The position numbers were made by a program, and so were the translations under genes. A DNA stretch of 64,000 nt, from positions 20,832,001 through 20,896,000 of the forward strand of contig OX597839.1 of NCBI GenBank assembly GCA_951406725.2. Direction: 5' to 3'. Shown here in pieces: positions 14,267-27,109 of this stretch. This stretch comes from Octopus vulgaris (Eukaryota). The number at the start of each line of letters is the position of its first letter. The stretch's first letter is position 1. The notes below the pieces were generated by a model. The model was not told where the DNA came from. It was given only the letters and a program-made list of their open reading frames with translations, and made no database searches.

Positions 14267-15399
14267 GTATATATATATGTGTGTGTGTGTGTGTATCCAT
14301 ACATACACACACTCGCGCACGAACGACTCCATCTTTTGTTTCTATGACAAATGTTTTCTTGGGGGTCTTGTCTTGCGCAAACGTTCTTTCCATTTAACCC
14401 CTTCTCTGCGTATGACAGCTAGAAAAATATGTCGTGTGTATGTGTGTGTGTGTGTGTGTGCCTGTCTCTAACCAAATGGTGCCATGTCAGTTCCTTCCTA
14501 CTCCCAAGAGTATCATCATGGCCTTATCCAGTATCCGTGACTCTCACTCAAGAAGATGGATGAACTTTACATTTTTTTTTCTCATTTCTTTTATATGTTT
14601 TTTTAAATATTTTTCTTTTTATTTATCTTCCTGGTAGTCCCTTTTTTTTTACTCTGTCCCCAGTCCCTTTTTTTTTACTCTGTCCCCTCTCTATTACAGT
14701 AACTCCCACCTCATCACACTTCTCCTCACATACACATTACGACCACAGTTTTCCGCTACGCCAATCTCTCCTCCAGATTACTCCAGTATGGCCACTTCCG
14801 CCACTACTCCACTTCTGTACTCCTTCCTTAATTTCCTTTTCCCATCACCACATGACGACCACGCTAGAATTTCCGCTCCACTAATTCCCCGTTCCTTCAT
14901 TACTCCAGCATGGCCACTCTCCCACCTCATCACCCCACATACACACACACTTTTGTATACCTTCCATAGTTACACACACACACACACACACACACATCAA
15001 AACCACAAATTCGCTCCGCCAATCCTCCAACTCATACACTGCTCCAGTCTAGCCCCTCCCGCCAGAGACTCCCTCTACCACTCCCACTTCAGGACTCTCT
15101 CCATGGTTCCTCTCCCCCACTACCACATGACCACCACTGCAGAATTTCCGTTCCGCCAATTCCCACCACTCCCACATCACTCCATCATAACTGCCCTCGT
15201 CACCAGACTCCCGTCACCCTTCTCGCTGTGGAGTACTCCTTCCTCGCCGTTTTTTGCGAGTCACAATACTCCTTTCGCTCCTCTCAGCTCCGCATTTCTA
15301 TCACAGCACCCAGCGCCACTTTCACTATTTGTTTTAGGTGCCTATGTAGCCGCAGGGAGACACAGGCACACTCGCGGCTCCCTCGCCCTTTTGGCCCAG

Positions 15400-15610
15400 C
15401 GGCACGTTCGAGATGTCGTCCCGAACAGGCGGGTCAGGTACTCCTCGTCGACGTCCAGGTTCGCCCCGAGCTCGTCGTCGTACCTCCCCTCCACTAATCC
15501 CCTATAGAATGCTTTGGTTGTGATGAAGTCACTCAAGGTCGACCCAGGACGGCAGAGTTGCTTGAGAGCAACGCGACACTCGCGGTGCCATTCGCCCTTC
15601 CTCGGCAGAT
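15400..15610 (-). pseudogene. Probable L1/Tx1-type LINE ORF2 fragment (post-RT region)
   Basis: GC-rich open frame PRKGEWHRECRVALKQLCRPGSTLSDFITTKAFYRGLVEGRYDDELGANLDVDEEYLTRLF; TTKxFYxxL resembles the Tx1 C-terminal region; no splice signals on this strand. Confidence 0.45.
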
Positions 15611-15960
15611 GAAGAGAGGGCTACAAAAGCACCTGGTCGGTATACATTTTCAACTGAGTACATTGAAGCAAAGAGAGGTTAACGGTCTTTCTCTAGGATA
15701 GAATGCGCTGCCCAGTCTAGGAATAGCATCCAAGACATTAAGACCAGAATGCCAAACACACTAAGCACTAGGCCACGTGTTTTCTCCCCCCCCCCCCTCT
15801 CTCTCTCTTTTACACACACACACACACACATATATACATATATATATATTGCTTATTTTGATTTTAATAACCTTATTTTGAAACTGTATGTATAATACCG
15901 TACTAAATTCTGGTACCTCAACTTAAGTACCAAATTCATCTGAATCTAAAGTTTTACTTT

Positions 15961-15991
<31 letters not shown>

Positions 15992-16060
15992 GCACCTTTG
16001 TATGTACACATATGTATGTGTGTGCGTGTGTATATACATATACGTGTGTGTGTGTGTAAT

Positions 16061-16098
<38 letters not shown>

Positions 16099-16729
16099 AG
16101 CGTGTGTATGTATATGTGTGTCTGTATACATACAAATACAAACACGCACCTTTTTATTTACACGTGTGTGTGTGTGTGTGTGTGGGTGTGTACGTACATA
16201 TATGCAATAAGAGGGGAGAGTGTTTGGATGAATAGATGAACGGATATAAGCATATGTGTAGATATGTCTGTATATACGTAAAAATGTATATGTATGTGTG
16301 TGTGTGTGTGTGTATGCAAGTGTGTATGTAGATAGGTAGGCACATAGGTCGGTATGTGTGTGTGTGTGTGTGTGTGTATAAACGAGACAGCAGACAGGAG
16401 ATAAATAATGAAGGAATTTCTTGTTTTGACGTGAAAAAGAAGAGAAGAAAAATGGGTCCGAATTATTCTTACATCATCATCTAAGTTACTTTAATGAGGG
16501 CCGCTCTCAGGGTCCTTTTTGCATACTCTGCACCAGACCGCAGACAACACCCCATCTACAAACCCGCCGTTCCTCCTCTCATCAGCCAGACTTTCAGTTT
16601 CCTAAACAACTTAATAGGTGGCACCTCACCCCCACTCGTCCCCTCCAGCCGCTCGGCACCGCCGTACGATCGATAGGAGTCTTTGAGTGCGCCTGATATA
16701 TGCTCGCCAAATAAGTGTTGACGTGAAAG

Positions 16730-17500
16730 GAGAGGAGGAAGGGAAGGAAGGAAGGAAGGAGGAATGAAAGAAAGAAATGATGGAAGGAATATTGAAAGGA
16801 AGATGGAAGGAATACAGAGAGAAAGAAGCAAAGGAAGGAAGGAAATGGTGGACAGAATATTTGAAGAAGGAAAAATGCAGAAAGAAAGAAAAGAAGAAGA
16901 AAGGAAATGCTGGAAAGAAAGGAAGAAACGATGGAAAGAATATTGAAAGAAAGAAGGAAAGATGGTGAAAGAATGAAGTGATGGAAAAAAGAAAGAAAGA
17001 ATGGAAAGAATATTGAAAGAAAGAAACTTAGAAGGAAGGAAATGATGGAAAGAAAGAAAGAAATCATGGAACGAATTTTGAAAGAAAGAATGAAAAATGC
17101 AGAAAGAAAGAAAAACAAGGAAACGATGGAAAGAAAGAAAGAATGGAAAGAATATTGAAAGAAAGAAAGAAAGAAAAAAAGAAGGAAATGATGGAAAGAA
17201 AAAGAAAGAAAGAAACCATGGAAAAAATATTGAAAGAAAGAAGGAAAAATGTAGAAAGAAAGAAAAAAGAAGGAAATGATTGAAAGAATGCAAGAAGCAA
17301 TGAATGAATACAAAAAGAAAGAAGGAACTGAAGGAGGGAATACTGAAAGAAAGGAAGGAAGAAAAAGAAAAGGGTAGGAATGAAGAAAGGAAGGAAGAAA
17401 GAGAAATAAAGAAAGAAAGAAAACAGGGAAGAATGAAAGAATGAGAAGAAAAAAGAAAGAACGCTGGAGGCAAACAACCGAAAGAAGAAGAAAAGAAAGA
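16730..17500. repeat. Purine-rich degenerate minisatellite
   Basis: Recurring GAAGGAAATGATGGAAAGAA and GAATATTGAAAGAAAG units. Confidence 0.85.
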
Positions 17501-17599
17501 TTTGTCTTGAGTCCGATTTCCAATGTGTATAAGCGAATAATGAGATTAGAACGTATCCCTCCTGAACGGGCCCCTAGTTCATTGTAGGGTTCCTCTTAT

Positions 17600-18470
17600 A
17601 CACCTGAGCTGATTGGAGTAGCATTGTCTTGCTCAAGAATGCAACGCACCACCTGATCCGAGATTTGAAATCACGATCTTGCGCTCATGATTGCAACACG
17701 CTAGCCATTACGCCACGCGTCTTCACTATAATCAACCCCTGGGCATTAATGACTTGGCTCCTACGACCCTTAAGCCAGTCACCCGATTTCCAAGAGTGCA
17801 AGTGAGCCCCTGAACGGGATGCCCGTCCGTTACAGACTTATTTACAGCTGAAATTTAGTCTCCCCAAAAATACTACGCACTCTCCGGTCCGGTCCGGAAA
17901 TCGAAACCTTGATCTCGCGATCTTGAGTGCAACACCCTTACCATTAGTCCACGTGGCTTCACTTAACGCAAGCCACGCGCCTTCACTATTATCAACCCCT
18001 GGGCGTTAATGACTTGACTCCTACGACCCTTAAGCCGGTCACCCGATTTCCATGAGAACAAGTGACCCCTGAGCGGGACGACCGTCCGTTACAGGCTTAC
18101 TTACAGCAGAAATTAAGTGCCCTCAAAAATACTACGCACTGCCCGGTCCCTCCGGAAATCGAAACCTTGATCTCACGATCTCGACTGCAACACCCTTACC
18201 ATAGCTTCACTTAACGCATAGTCCACATAGCTTCACTTAACGCAAGCCACGCGCCTTCACTATTATCAACCCCTTATGCCGGTCACCCGATTTCCATTAG
18301 AGCAAGTGACCCCTGAACGGGACGACCGTCCGTTACAGGCTTATTTACAGCAGAAATTAAGTGTCCTCAAAAATACTACGCACTGCCCGGTCCCTCCGGA
18401 AATCGAAACCTTGATCTCGCGATCTCGAGCGCAACACCCTTACCATTAGTCCACGTGGCTTCACTTAACT
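17600..18470 (-). repeat. Tandem array of three 225-275 bp units derived from a tRNA-SINE (family C-like)
   Basis: Units start GCCACGCG(T/C)CTTCACTA at about 17712, 17972 and 18246; minus strand has TGGACTAATGGTAAGGG and GGTTTCGATTTCC boxes. Confidence 0.8.
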
Positions 18471-18854
18471 CAAAATTGCAAAGCTTAAATTTTGTTTGGC
18501 TTTGTCAGTTCGCCGCCTCGTTGTTTTCCCCACATTTCTACAACTATCATCACCATGTCTTCAGCTTTCAGAAATGCTGCACCTGATTTGGCTGTGGCTC
18601 CACAGTTTTCTCCCTTTCCCTCGTCCCTCTCGTTCGTTCTTCCCGCCCTCAACACTATTCTCCATCTGTATAGTATTCTCTCCTTTCACTTCTTGTCTCA
18701 ATCTGTGCGTTTAGACATCGCCCTCCGCCAGTACCGCCGGCCCTGTTGTCTGTTGTTAGCCACCACCTCTCACTGTCATCTTTTTATCGGTAGGACATCC
18801 ATCAAAATTGTGAAAAGGAGAAAGAGAATTGTGAGACACATAGGTACGTACGTA

Positions 18855-18865
18855 CGTAGATAGGC

Positions 18866-18937
<72 letters not shown>

Positions 18938-18972
18938 GTGCACACAGATAGGTAGATAGATAGATAGATGTG

Positions 18973-19038
<66 letters not shown>

Positions 19039-19072
19039 TGCACACAGATAGGTAGATAGATAGATAGATGTG

Positions 19073-19112
<40 letters not shown>

Positions 19113-19180
19113 GTTGCACACATAAATAGATAGCGATACACACAGACAGATAGATAGATACATAGACAGACAGACATAGA
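18855..19180. repeat. (GATA)n with internal higher-order duplication
   Basis: GCACACAGATAGGTAGAT..GATGTGTAGAT block occurs twice. Confidence 0.9.
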
Positions 19181-19589
19181 TTTGCCTACTGTTTTGTAGG
19201 AGGTCGATCGACGCCATAGCGATTTCACTCTTTTGTTTCCTTACATACATGTGTTTTGGAGAGGAGGGTGTTATGATAGTTTTGTATCAATGCCGTCACC
19301 AACAATGCTCTTTGATATAAAAACTATTTACTTTCTGTAAAAATAGTGAAACTTTGTAAAATGTTTAATTTGTCTCAGGTTATTTATGCCATGCTGCTGA
19401 CTTTAAACAAGGATGAAACAGTGCATGAAATATGGCAACTAACAAATGCAAATTTGAAGATCTTTATAAATGTATAGGAAAAAAGGATGCTACAGTGTGT
19501 ATATTCTGTACACTTTCTTCTTTACTCTTTGATTTAAATCTCAAACTTCCAAACCTGTCTCAACTTGGCAGCACTTCTTCCAGTTCCTT

Positions 19590-20292
19590 ATGTCCAGGGT
19601 TCAAATTTCGTCCTTTCAGAGGAGATCGATAAAATAAGCACCAATTGGGCACTGTGGTCGATGCAATCGATTTCTTTTTTCCCTTAAAATGACTGACCTT
19701 GTGCCAAAATCTGAAACAATTGACGTGGTAAGCTGGCAGAATCGATCTAATCGACTTAATCCGTTTGTCTATCCTTGTTTGTCCCCTCTGTGTTTAGCCC
19801 CTTGTGGGCAGTAAAGAAATAGGTATTTCGTCTGCCGCTACGTTCTGTGTTCAAATTCCGCCGAAGTCGACTTTGCCTTTCATCCTTTCGGGGTCGATAA
19901 ATTAAGTACCAGTTACGCACTGGGGTCGTTATAATAGACTTAATCCGTTTGTCTATCCTTGTTTGTCCCCTCTGTGTTTAGCCCCTTGTGGGCAGTAAAG
20001 AAATAGGTATTTCGTCTGCCGCTACGTTCTGAGTTCAAATTCCGCCGAAGTCGACTTTGCCTTTCATCCTTTCGGGGTCGATAAATTAAGTACCAGTTAC
20101 GCACTGGGGTCGATATAATCGACTTAATCCGTTTGTCTGTCCTTGTTTGTCCCCTCTGTGTTTAGCCCCTTGTGGGCAGTAAAGAAATGGGTATTTCGTC
20201 TGTCTTTACGTTCTGAGTTCAAATTCCGCCGAAGTCGACTTTGCCTTTCATCCTTTCGGGGCCGATTAAATAAGTACCAGTTACGCGCTGGA
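19590..20292 (+). mobile_element. SINE family B tandem array with 184-bp period
   Basis: AAGAAAT(A/G)GGTATTTCGTC junctions at 19821, 20005 and 20189. Confidence 0.9.
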
Positions 20293-20295
20293 ATC

Positions 20296-20446
20296 GTCTA
20301 CCAAATCCACTCGCAAGGCTTTGGCCGGCCCGGGACTATAATAAAAGAAAAAAAAACACCTGCTCAAGGTTCCGCACAGTGGGACTGATCCTAAGATCAC
20401 ATGGTTGGGAACCAAGCTCTTCAACCACACAGCCACGCCTGCGCCT
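20296..20446 (-). mobile_element. SINE family A head
   Basis: Reverse complement of AGGCGCAGGCGTGGCTGTGTGG..CAGTCCCACTG. Confidence 0.75.
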
Positions 20447-20509
20447 TTACATATGCATATGTGTGTGTGGGGGGGGATAAGTATGCGTATAGATGAAAGT
20501 GTATGCATA

Positions 20510-20949
20510 TCTCTCTATATATAAACGGCAGTTTGTCTGTCTGCGTGTCTGTGTGTCTGTTAGGTTGTACCCTCACCCTGACCACGGCTTTCAACCGATT
20601 CTGATGAAACTTGACACACACATAGCCCAATGTCATAATTCAAAACTAACGCAGCGAAAATTTTGAAAAGTTCCCCCAGTTCTGAAAAATATCGATAAAT
20701 TCGACATGGGGTCGAGAATCTAAGCTTTTTATATGCAACACATTTTCTGTCTAGGGGACACAACTCGACCTTTTTATCGCCCAAAGCGACAGCTAGGAAC
20801 ATCGTGTACACAGAAGTATTCGAGTGAAGAGAAGACATTGCAACCTACACATGCGCCTTCGTTCCCTAGGGGAAAAGGACTAGATTGGGATTAGTCGTTG
20901 CCTACTAGGGGCTCTTACATACCCGGGCAACGCCGGGCTATGCTGCTAG
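20510..20949 (+). mobile_element. Non-autonomous Helitron
   Basis: 5' A|TC start, subterminal hairpin CCCGGGCAACGCCGGG, 3' CTAG|T end, no TSD. Confidence 0.85.
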
Positions 20950-21265
20950 TATATATATAAACACATACAAGTGTATATTCACACACGGGCAACGGTGCAT
21001 ATTTTCTTCGTCGGCTTTCTTTCTACTCACCCTGTCAGTGAGTGTGAGGTGCGTAACATTCTTGGAAAAGGTCAGTTCAACGAGTGAAGAATCTTTCTGA
21101 TTATTACAAGAGTAGGGATATAATGTGTGTGTGTGTGTGTGCGTAATTATATATATATGTATGTATGTATGTATGTATACAGAGAGGAGGAGAGAGGATG
21201 AATGGAAGGGTAAATGGATGGGTGTGTATATAGGTATGTACGTAGGTAAATACATAGACACCTAG

Positions 21266-21312
<47 letters not shown>

Positions 21313-22110
21313 TATATCTATAGATATGTGTATATGTACATATATATATATGTGTGTGTGTGTGTGTGTTTATATATGTACTTATACATATACATATATA
21401 TATGTAAATGTATATATATATATGCACTTATATATATATATATATGCACATATATATACACATATACATACGTGCACACACGTAAGGAGATAAAGAGAAA
21501 CTTAAGTAATAGAAGATATAAGACAAATGCAATGATAAAGAAGAAGAGAAGTAAAAGTATGATGACTAAAAAGAAAGAAAGAAAGAAAGAAAGAAAGAGA
21601 AAGAAGAAAAGAGAAAGAAGAAAAGAGAAAGAAAGGCTATCGAATTCCAAGATGTATTATTCAGAGATACTCCAAGGGAAGCGTCGCCCCTTCGTCATTA
21701 TCATCATCGTCATCATTATCATCATCGTCATCATCATCATCATCGTCATCATTATCATCATCGTCATCATTATCATCATCGTCATCATTATCATCATCAT
21801 CGTCATCATTATCATCATCGTCATCATTATCATCATTAATTCTACAACCATCCCGCATCATTGCAATCATCATCATCATCATCACCACAAGACAGCATTC
21901 TAGAAATAGCAACCAAATTCCTTCGAATCGTACCTCATTGTCTCAGATAAAAAAAAAAAAAAAAAGAAGAGCATTTTGGCTACAGTGATTCAAGGGTTCT
22001 TGGCACATAGGGGAAAAAGAAACGGAATGGTCGCAGACTAGAATTCCTTTGATGTTAGGGGCTACTCAATCAGGGTCTCTTTGGCGTTAAATAACAATGA
22101 CACCAGCCAT

Positions 22111-22146
<36 letters not shown>

Positions 22147-22225
22147 CATTACCACCATCACTACTACTGCTGCCACTACTATCTCCACCATCATCATCAC
22201 CACTACCATTACCACCACCACCATC

Positions 22226-22828
22226 CATTTCTTTACTGCCCACAAAGGGGCTAAACACAGAGGGGAAAAACACGGACAGACAAACGGATTAAGTCAATTA
22301 CATCGACCCCAGTGCGTAACTGGTACTTAATTTATCGTCCCCCGAAAGGATGAAAGGCAAAGTCGACCTCGGCGGAATTTGAACTCAGAACTTAAAGGTA
22401 GACGAAATACCTATTTCTTTACTACCCACTAGCGGCTAAACACAGAGGGGACAAACAAGGACAAAGGGATTAAGTCGATTACATCGACCTCAGTGCGTAA
22501 CTCGTACTTAATTTATCGACCCCCGAAAGGATGAAAGGTAAAAATCGACCTCGGCGGAATTTGAACTCAGAACGTAAAGGTAGACGAAATACCTATTTCT
22601 TTACTACCCACTAGGGGCTAAACACAGAAGGGACAAACAAGGACAAAGGGATTAAGTCGATTACATCGACCTCAGTGCGTAACTCGTACTTAATTTATCG
22701 ACCCCCGAAAGGATGAAAGGTAATAATCGACCTCGGCGCAATTTGAACATGGAACGTAACGGTAGACGAAATACGGCTATGCATTTCGCCCGGCGTGCTA
22801 ACGTTTCCGCCAGCTCGCCGCCTTCAAC
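22226..22828 (-). mobile_element. SINE family B trimer flanked by apparent TSD
   Basis: One head plus three body units; ACCACCACCACCATC on both sides. Confidence 0.85.
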
Positions 22829-22996
22829 ACCACCACCACCATCGCCAATACCACCACCAACCTCCTCCTATCCATTTCCTTTCCCATCAGGAAAATTAAC
22901 ACCAATTCTTACTGCGTAACTTCAAGATATTATCTATCTCCAGTAACATTATCACTTTATCGCCATTATCATTAACGTCATTAAACTACATTATTA

Positions 22997-23027
<31 letters not shown>

Positions 23028-23044
23028 CATTATTATTATTATTA

Positions 23045-23129
<85 letters not shown>

Positions 23130-23445
23130 CGCTCTCATCCTTATCGCTTATTAGTATTATAAATATCATTTTGGATATCATTATCATAATCGCCATCGTC
23201 GTCGTCGTCATCATCATCATCACCATCGGTGGGCGCCGTCGGGTGTCTTGGTGCAAGAAAAGTCGTGCACTGAAGGAACCTACTTTGATTCTGGACTCGA
23301 AAAACCTTGGCTTGAACTAAGAGCAACCGGTTTCAAATCCTTTCTCTGTCTCACATCTTGAGAAGAACGCATGAACGTCACAACTTCTCACTGAAAAGCA
23401 AAGCACTTGTACGTCGTAGTTTCTGGATTTGTTCGTTCTCTCTAC

Positions 23446-23508
<63 letters not shown>

Positions 23509-23691
23509 GTCCTCACAGTTTTGTTGGTGTTAGCATAATTTTGTCCAAGTCTTGTATATGTGTTTGTGTATATGATGCCTGGGGGACGCATCAAGTGGCT
23601 TCTAGCGGAGGAAGCCTGAACTACAACAGGTTTGTCACACAGAGAACGTTTTCGGTTACTTTTGAGTATCTCCTCGTATATATATATAGGC

Positions 23692-23743
<52 letters not shown>

Positions 23744-23746
<3 letters not shown>

Positions 23747-23907
23747 CGTAGGAGTGTCTGTGAGGTAAGTAGCTTGCTTACAAACCACATGGTTCCGGGT
23801 TCAGTCCCACTGCGTGGCTCCTTGGGCAAGTGTCTTCTACTATAGCCTCGGGTCGACCAAAGCCTTGTGAGTGGATTTGGTAGGCGGAAACTGAAAGATG
23901 CCCGTCG

Positions 23908-23970
<63 letters not shown>

Positions 23971-24129
23971 TCCCCCAACATCGCTTGACAACCGATGCTG
24001 GTGTGTTTATGTCCCCGTAACTTAGCGGTCCAGCAGAATAAGTCCTGGGGTAGATTTGCTTGACTAAAAGGCGGTGTTCCAGCATGGCCACATCAAATGA
24101 CTGAAACAAGTAAAAAGGAGAGTAAAGAG

Positions 24130-24131
<2 letters not shown>
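23744..24131 (+). mobile_element. SINE family A
   Basis: Head, internal microsatellite and tail as at 9231. Confidence 0.85.
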
Positions 24132-24160
<29 letters not shown>

Positions 24161-24172
24161 ATATATAAACAT

Positions 24173-24390
24173 TTATTTCTTTACTACCCACAAGGGGACA
24201 AACAAGGACAGACAAAGGGATTAAGTCGATTACATCGACCCCAGTGCGTAACTGGTACTGAATTTATCGACCCCGAAAGGATGAAAGGCAAAGTCGACCT
24301 CGGCGGAATTTGAACTCGGAACGTAACGACAGACGAAATACGGCTACGCAGGTCGCCCGGCGTGCTAACGTTTCTGCCAGCTCGCCGCCT
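24173..24390 (-). mobile_element. SINE family B monomer with 13-bp TSD
   Basis: TATATATAAACAT on both flanks. Confidence 0.85.
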
Positions 24391-24812
24391 TATATATAAA
24401 CATATTGACTGATCGTTTCTCTGGGTTGGTCAAGTAATGCACAAACCTCTGATGAGACCCCAATAAGACCCGAAAATTCGTGAACGTTGTTCATTTTTAT
24501 TTTTTGTTTGTTTATTTTTATTTTTTTTATTTACGGAAGAATTGGTACACTTGACAAGTTTGCATGTTTGCTGTAACAAATAAATATTTATAGAATTTTT
24601 AAATCGATAGAATATTACCAAAGCGGATCTAGAGGCAACATATTTGTGCATAGCACTTAGAAAAGGCTGTTAAGTGTCACGCATGGAATTCCGGGCCCTT
24701 GGGCCACTTTTATAACTTTCTATCAATGAAAACGTTATACATCCTCGTGTATATATATATATATATATATATATATGAATCCAGGTTATACTCTTCATGT
24801 TTTTCCTACGAG

Positions 24813-24889
<77 letters not shown>

Positions 24890-25662
24890 GCTATATATAT
24901 ATACGCTATATATATATATATATATTCACCAGTACCAGCGAATGCACTCTAGAATCTGTCGGGCGTAGCGTTATGGCATTTTGCACTCAAAAGTTAACAA
25001 AAACGGGTGCATGTATCCATCACTCTCTCCCTCTCTATCTGTCTGTCTGTCTCTCCCCCCCACTCTCTCTCTCCCTTGCTTGTCCTCTCCCTCTCTCTCT
25101 CGCGCGCGCATCCACGTACCCTGAGCGTATCTAAGCTGCATTCACCCGTAAACGTAAACGCCTGTGTTGTCGACGACAACGATGACGACAACGACGATGA
25201 CTATAGAAGAGAAGAGAAGAGAAGTCACTAAAAATCAAGAAGAGCAACAAGTAAATTCTATAATGGCGTCGTCGTTGGCGATACAAACGAGGAAAAAAAG
25301 TGAAGAATTAGCAACAGTAATGACGGCCGTCACCAAACGTTTCTGTTTTTCCACGCTCTGAGAAATTACCGTTTCCTTCCTCTCTTGCTCCTCCTCCGCC
25401 CTCTCCTCCTTCTATGCTCCCCGTTTTCCTCGTGCCTCTCTTACTGCCTTTATTCTTTCCCTCTCTAAACCGTGTGTGTGTGTGTGTGTTATATATTGCT
25501 TTTTTGCCATATAAAAGATGATTAAACTCAGGATGTAATCAATTGAGCTCCCCCCTGATCCTCTTCCCCTTTTATCCTCCCCCCCGCCTTTCTCCCCCCT
25601 CTTTCTCACCTTCTCTTAGTGTGTCATGTGTGCGTTTAGACATACGCACACATATAATACAG

Positions 25663-25697
<35 letters not shown>

Positions 25698-25882
25698 GCC
25701 TGCTCGCTTAGCCAGCGGGGTGGCGTCATTTGAAGGCTAAAACAATGCGAAGCGCACTGTAACCAGCGATGTGTAGCAATATCTGATAGTCTGGTCGATC
25801 ACGTGATATATATATATATGTGTGTGTGTGTGTGCATGCGTGCGTGTGTGCATGCGTGTGTGCGTGTGTGTATGAATGTATG

Positions 25883-26230
25883 CGGCTATGTTGGGGCACC
25901 GCCATTTTCATCTTTTCCACGCCAGTTCTCATGTGTTTGCCTTTTGATGTACGAGAGATTTTAGTATTGTTGCCCTCATTCGAATATCTTGCCCTGATAT
26001 AGGCTTATCTGCGATCACGGACAGCAGAAGGTCAAGATTCTTCTTGAAAACATCTAACCCCACTCAATGTAGATCCCTAGGTTTTTCCAGCCAGATATTA
26101 AATAGCTCAGAAACCTTTGAAACACAGTTTATTGCAGCAACTGACCTTTGGAAATGTGAAGTAGGGTCCTGTTTAGAGGTTTGTATAATTTTCGATGCCA
26201 AACGTTTGGTACCGGCCCCTTCGGAACCTT
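25883..26230 (-). pseudogene. CR1/L2-group LINE ORF2 C-terminus and 3' UTR, decayed
   Basis: Minus-strand translation ELFNIWLEKPRDLH*VGLDVFKKNLDLLLSVIADKPISGQDIRMRATILKSLVHQ fits the LFNxLP..FKxxLDxxL..PDEP..SNSL C-terminal pattern; ends ATGGCGGTGCCCCAACATAGCCGC. Confidence 0.7.
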
Positions 26231-26469
26231 TCTATACGTGTCACTGCCTATCTTTCCCGTCTTCACCCCAGGAAATAAAGTCGTAATCCTTTGAAGCCCT
26301 CCCGGTTGCTCAACCGCCTCTTTCGAAGTAAACTTTTTGATGTAGTATCGTTTGCTTAGAGTTCCGCGGAGCGGCCGTAGCTGAGAGCAATGGTCTCACT
26401 GTGGAAGATAAACGTTCTCCCTAGGACCAACATAGTTTCCTGGCCACTCGTTCTGAAAGTTCTCAAATT

Positions 26470-26513
<44 letters not shown>

Positions 26514-26639
26514 ACACACACACACATATATATATACATATATACGTGTATATATATACGCACGTTATTGCATTGTACAGAGCAGTTACCACTGCCTAAC
26601 AATTGGTTAGTTTACGAGCGAGGTCTTTTGAGCTTCAAG

Positions 26640-26693
<54 letters not shown>

Positions 26694-26951
26694 TACCAAC
26701 TATATACGTTTTTATTATTTTTTTGCAATTTACTTAATCATTGGTATAATATTGTTATTTTAATTTTAATATTTCTATTATATGTAAATTTCTAAATGGT
26801 GTAATTTAATTGTTCATTTTGAATTGATGAAAAGTGTTTTTTCTAATTTATATATATATATATATATATATATTATATTGTGAAATTTGATTTAGTATTT
26901 CTAAATTGAATTTTTTCCCTGTAAGTTAGGATTAATATTCCCTCAAATAAT

Positions 26952-26986
<35 letters not shown>

Positions 26987-27062
26987 GTATTTAACTCTGC
27001 CTTTGGTATTCCAGTACTATTTTCCCCACCTTGTTTTGAAAATATGTATACATGTAGGTGTG

Positions 27063-27109
<47 letters not shown>

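Noticed and set aside
19745-20290. CRISPR-like array, or hammerhead retrozyme in the 184-bp repeats
   Set aside because: Whole units repeat with no unique spacers, the context is eukaryotic, and no CTGANGA core was found on either strand
21031-21096. Minus-strand 66-nt exon KDSSLVELTFSKNVTHLTLTDR with GTGAGT donor
   Set aside because: Acceptor lacks a good pyrimidine tract (AATAATCAG) and no homology was recognised
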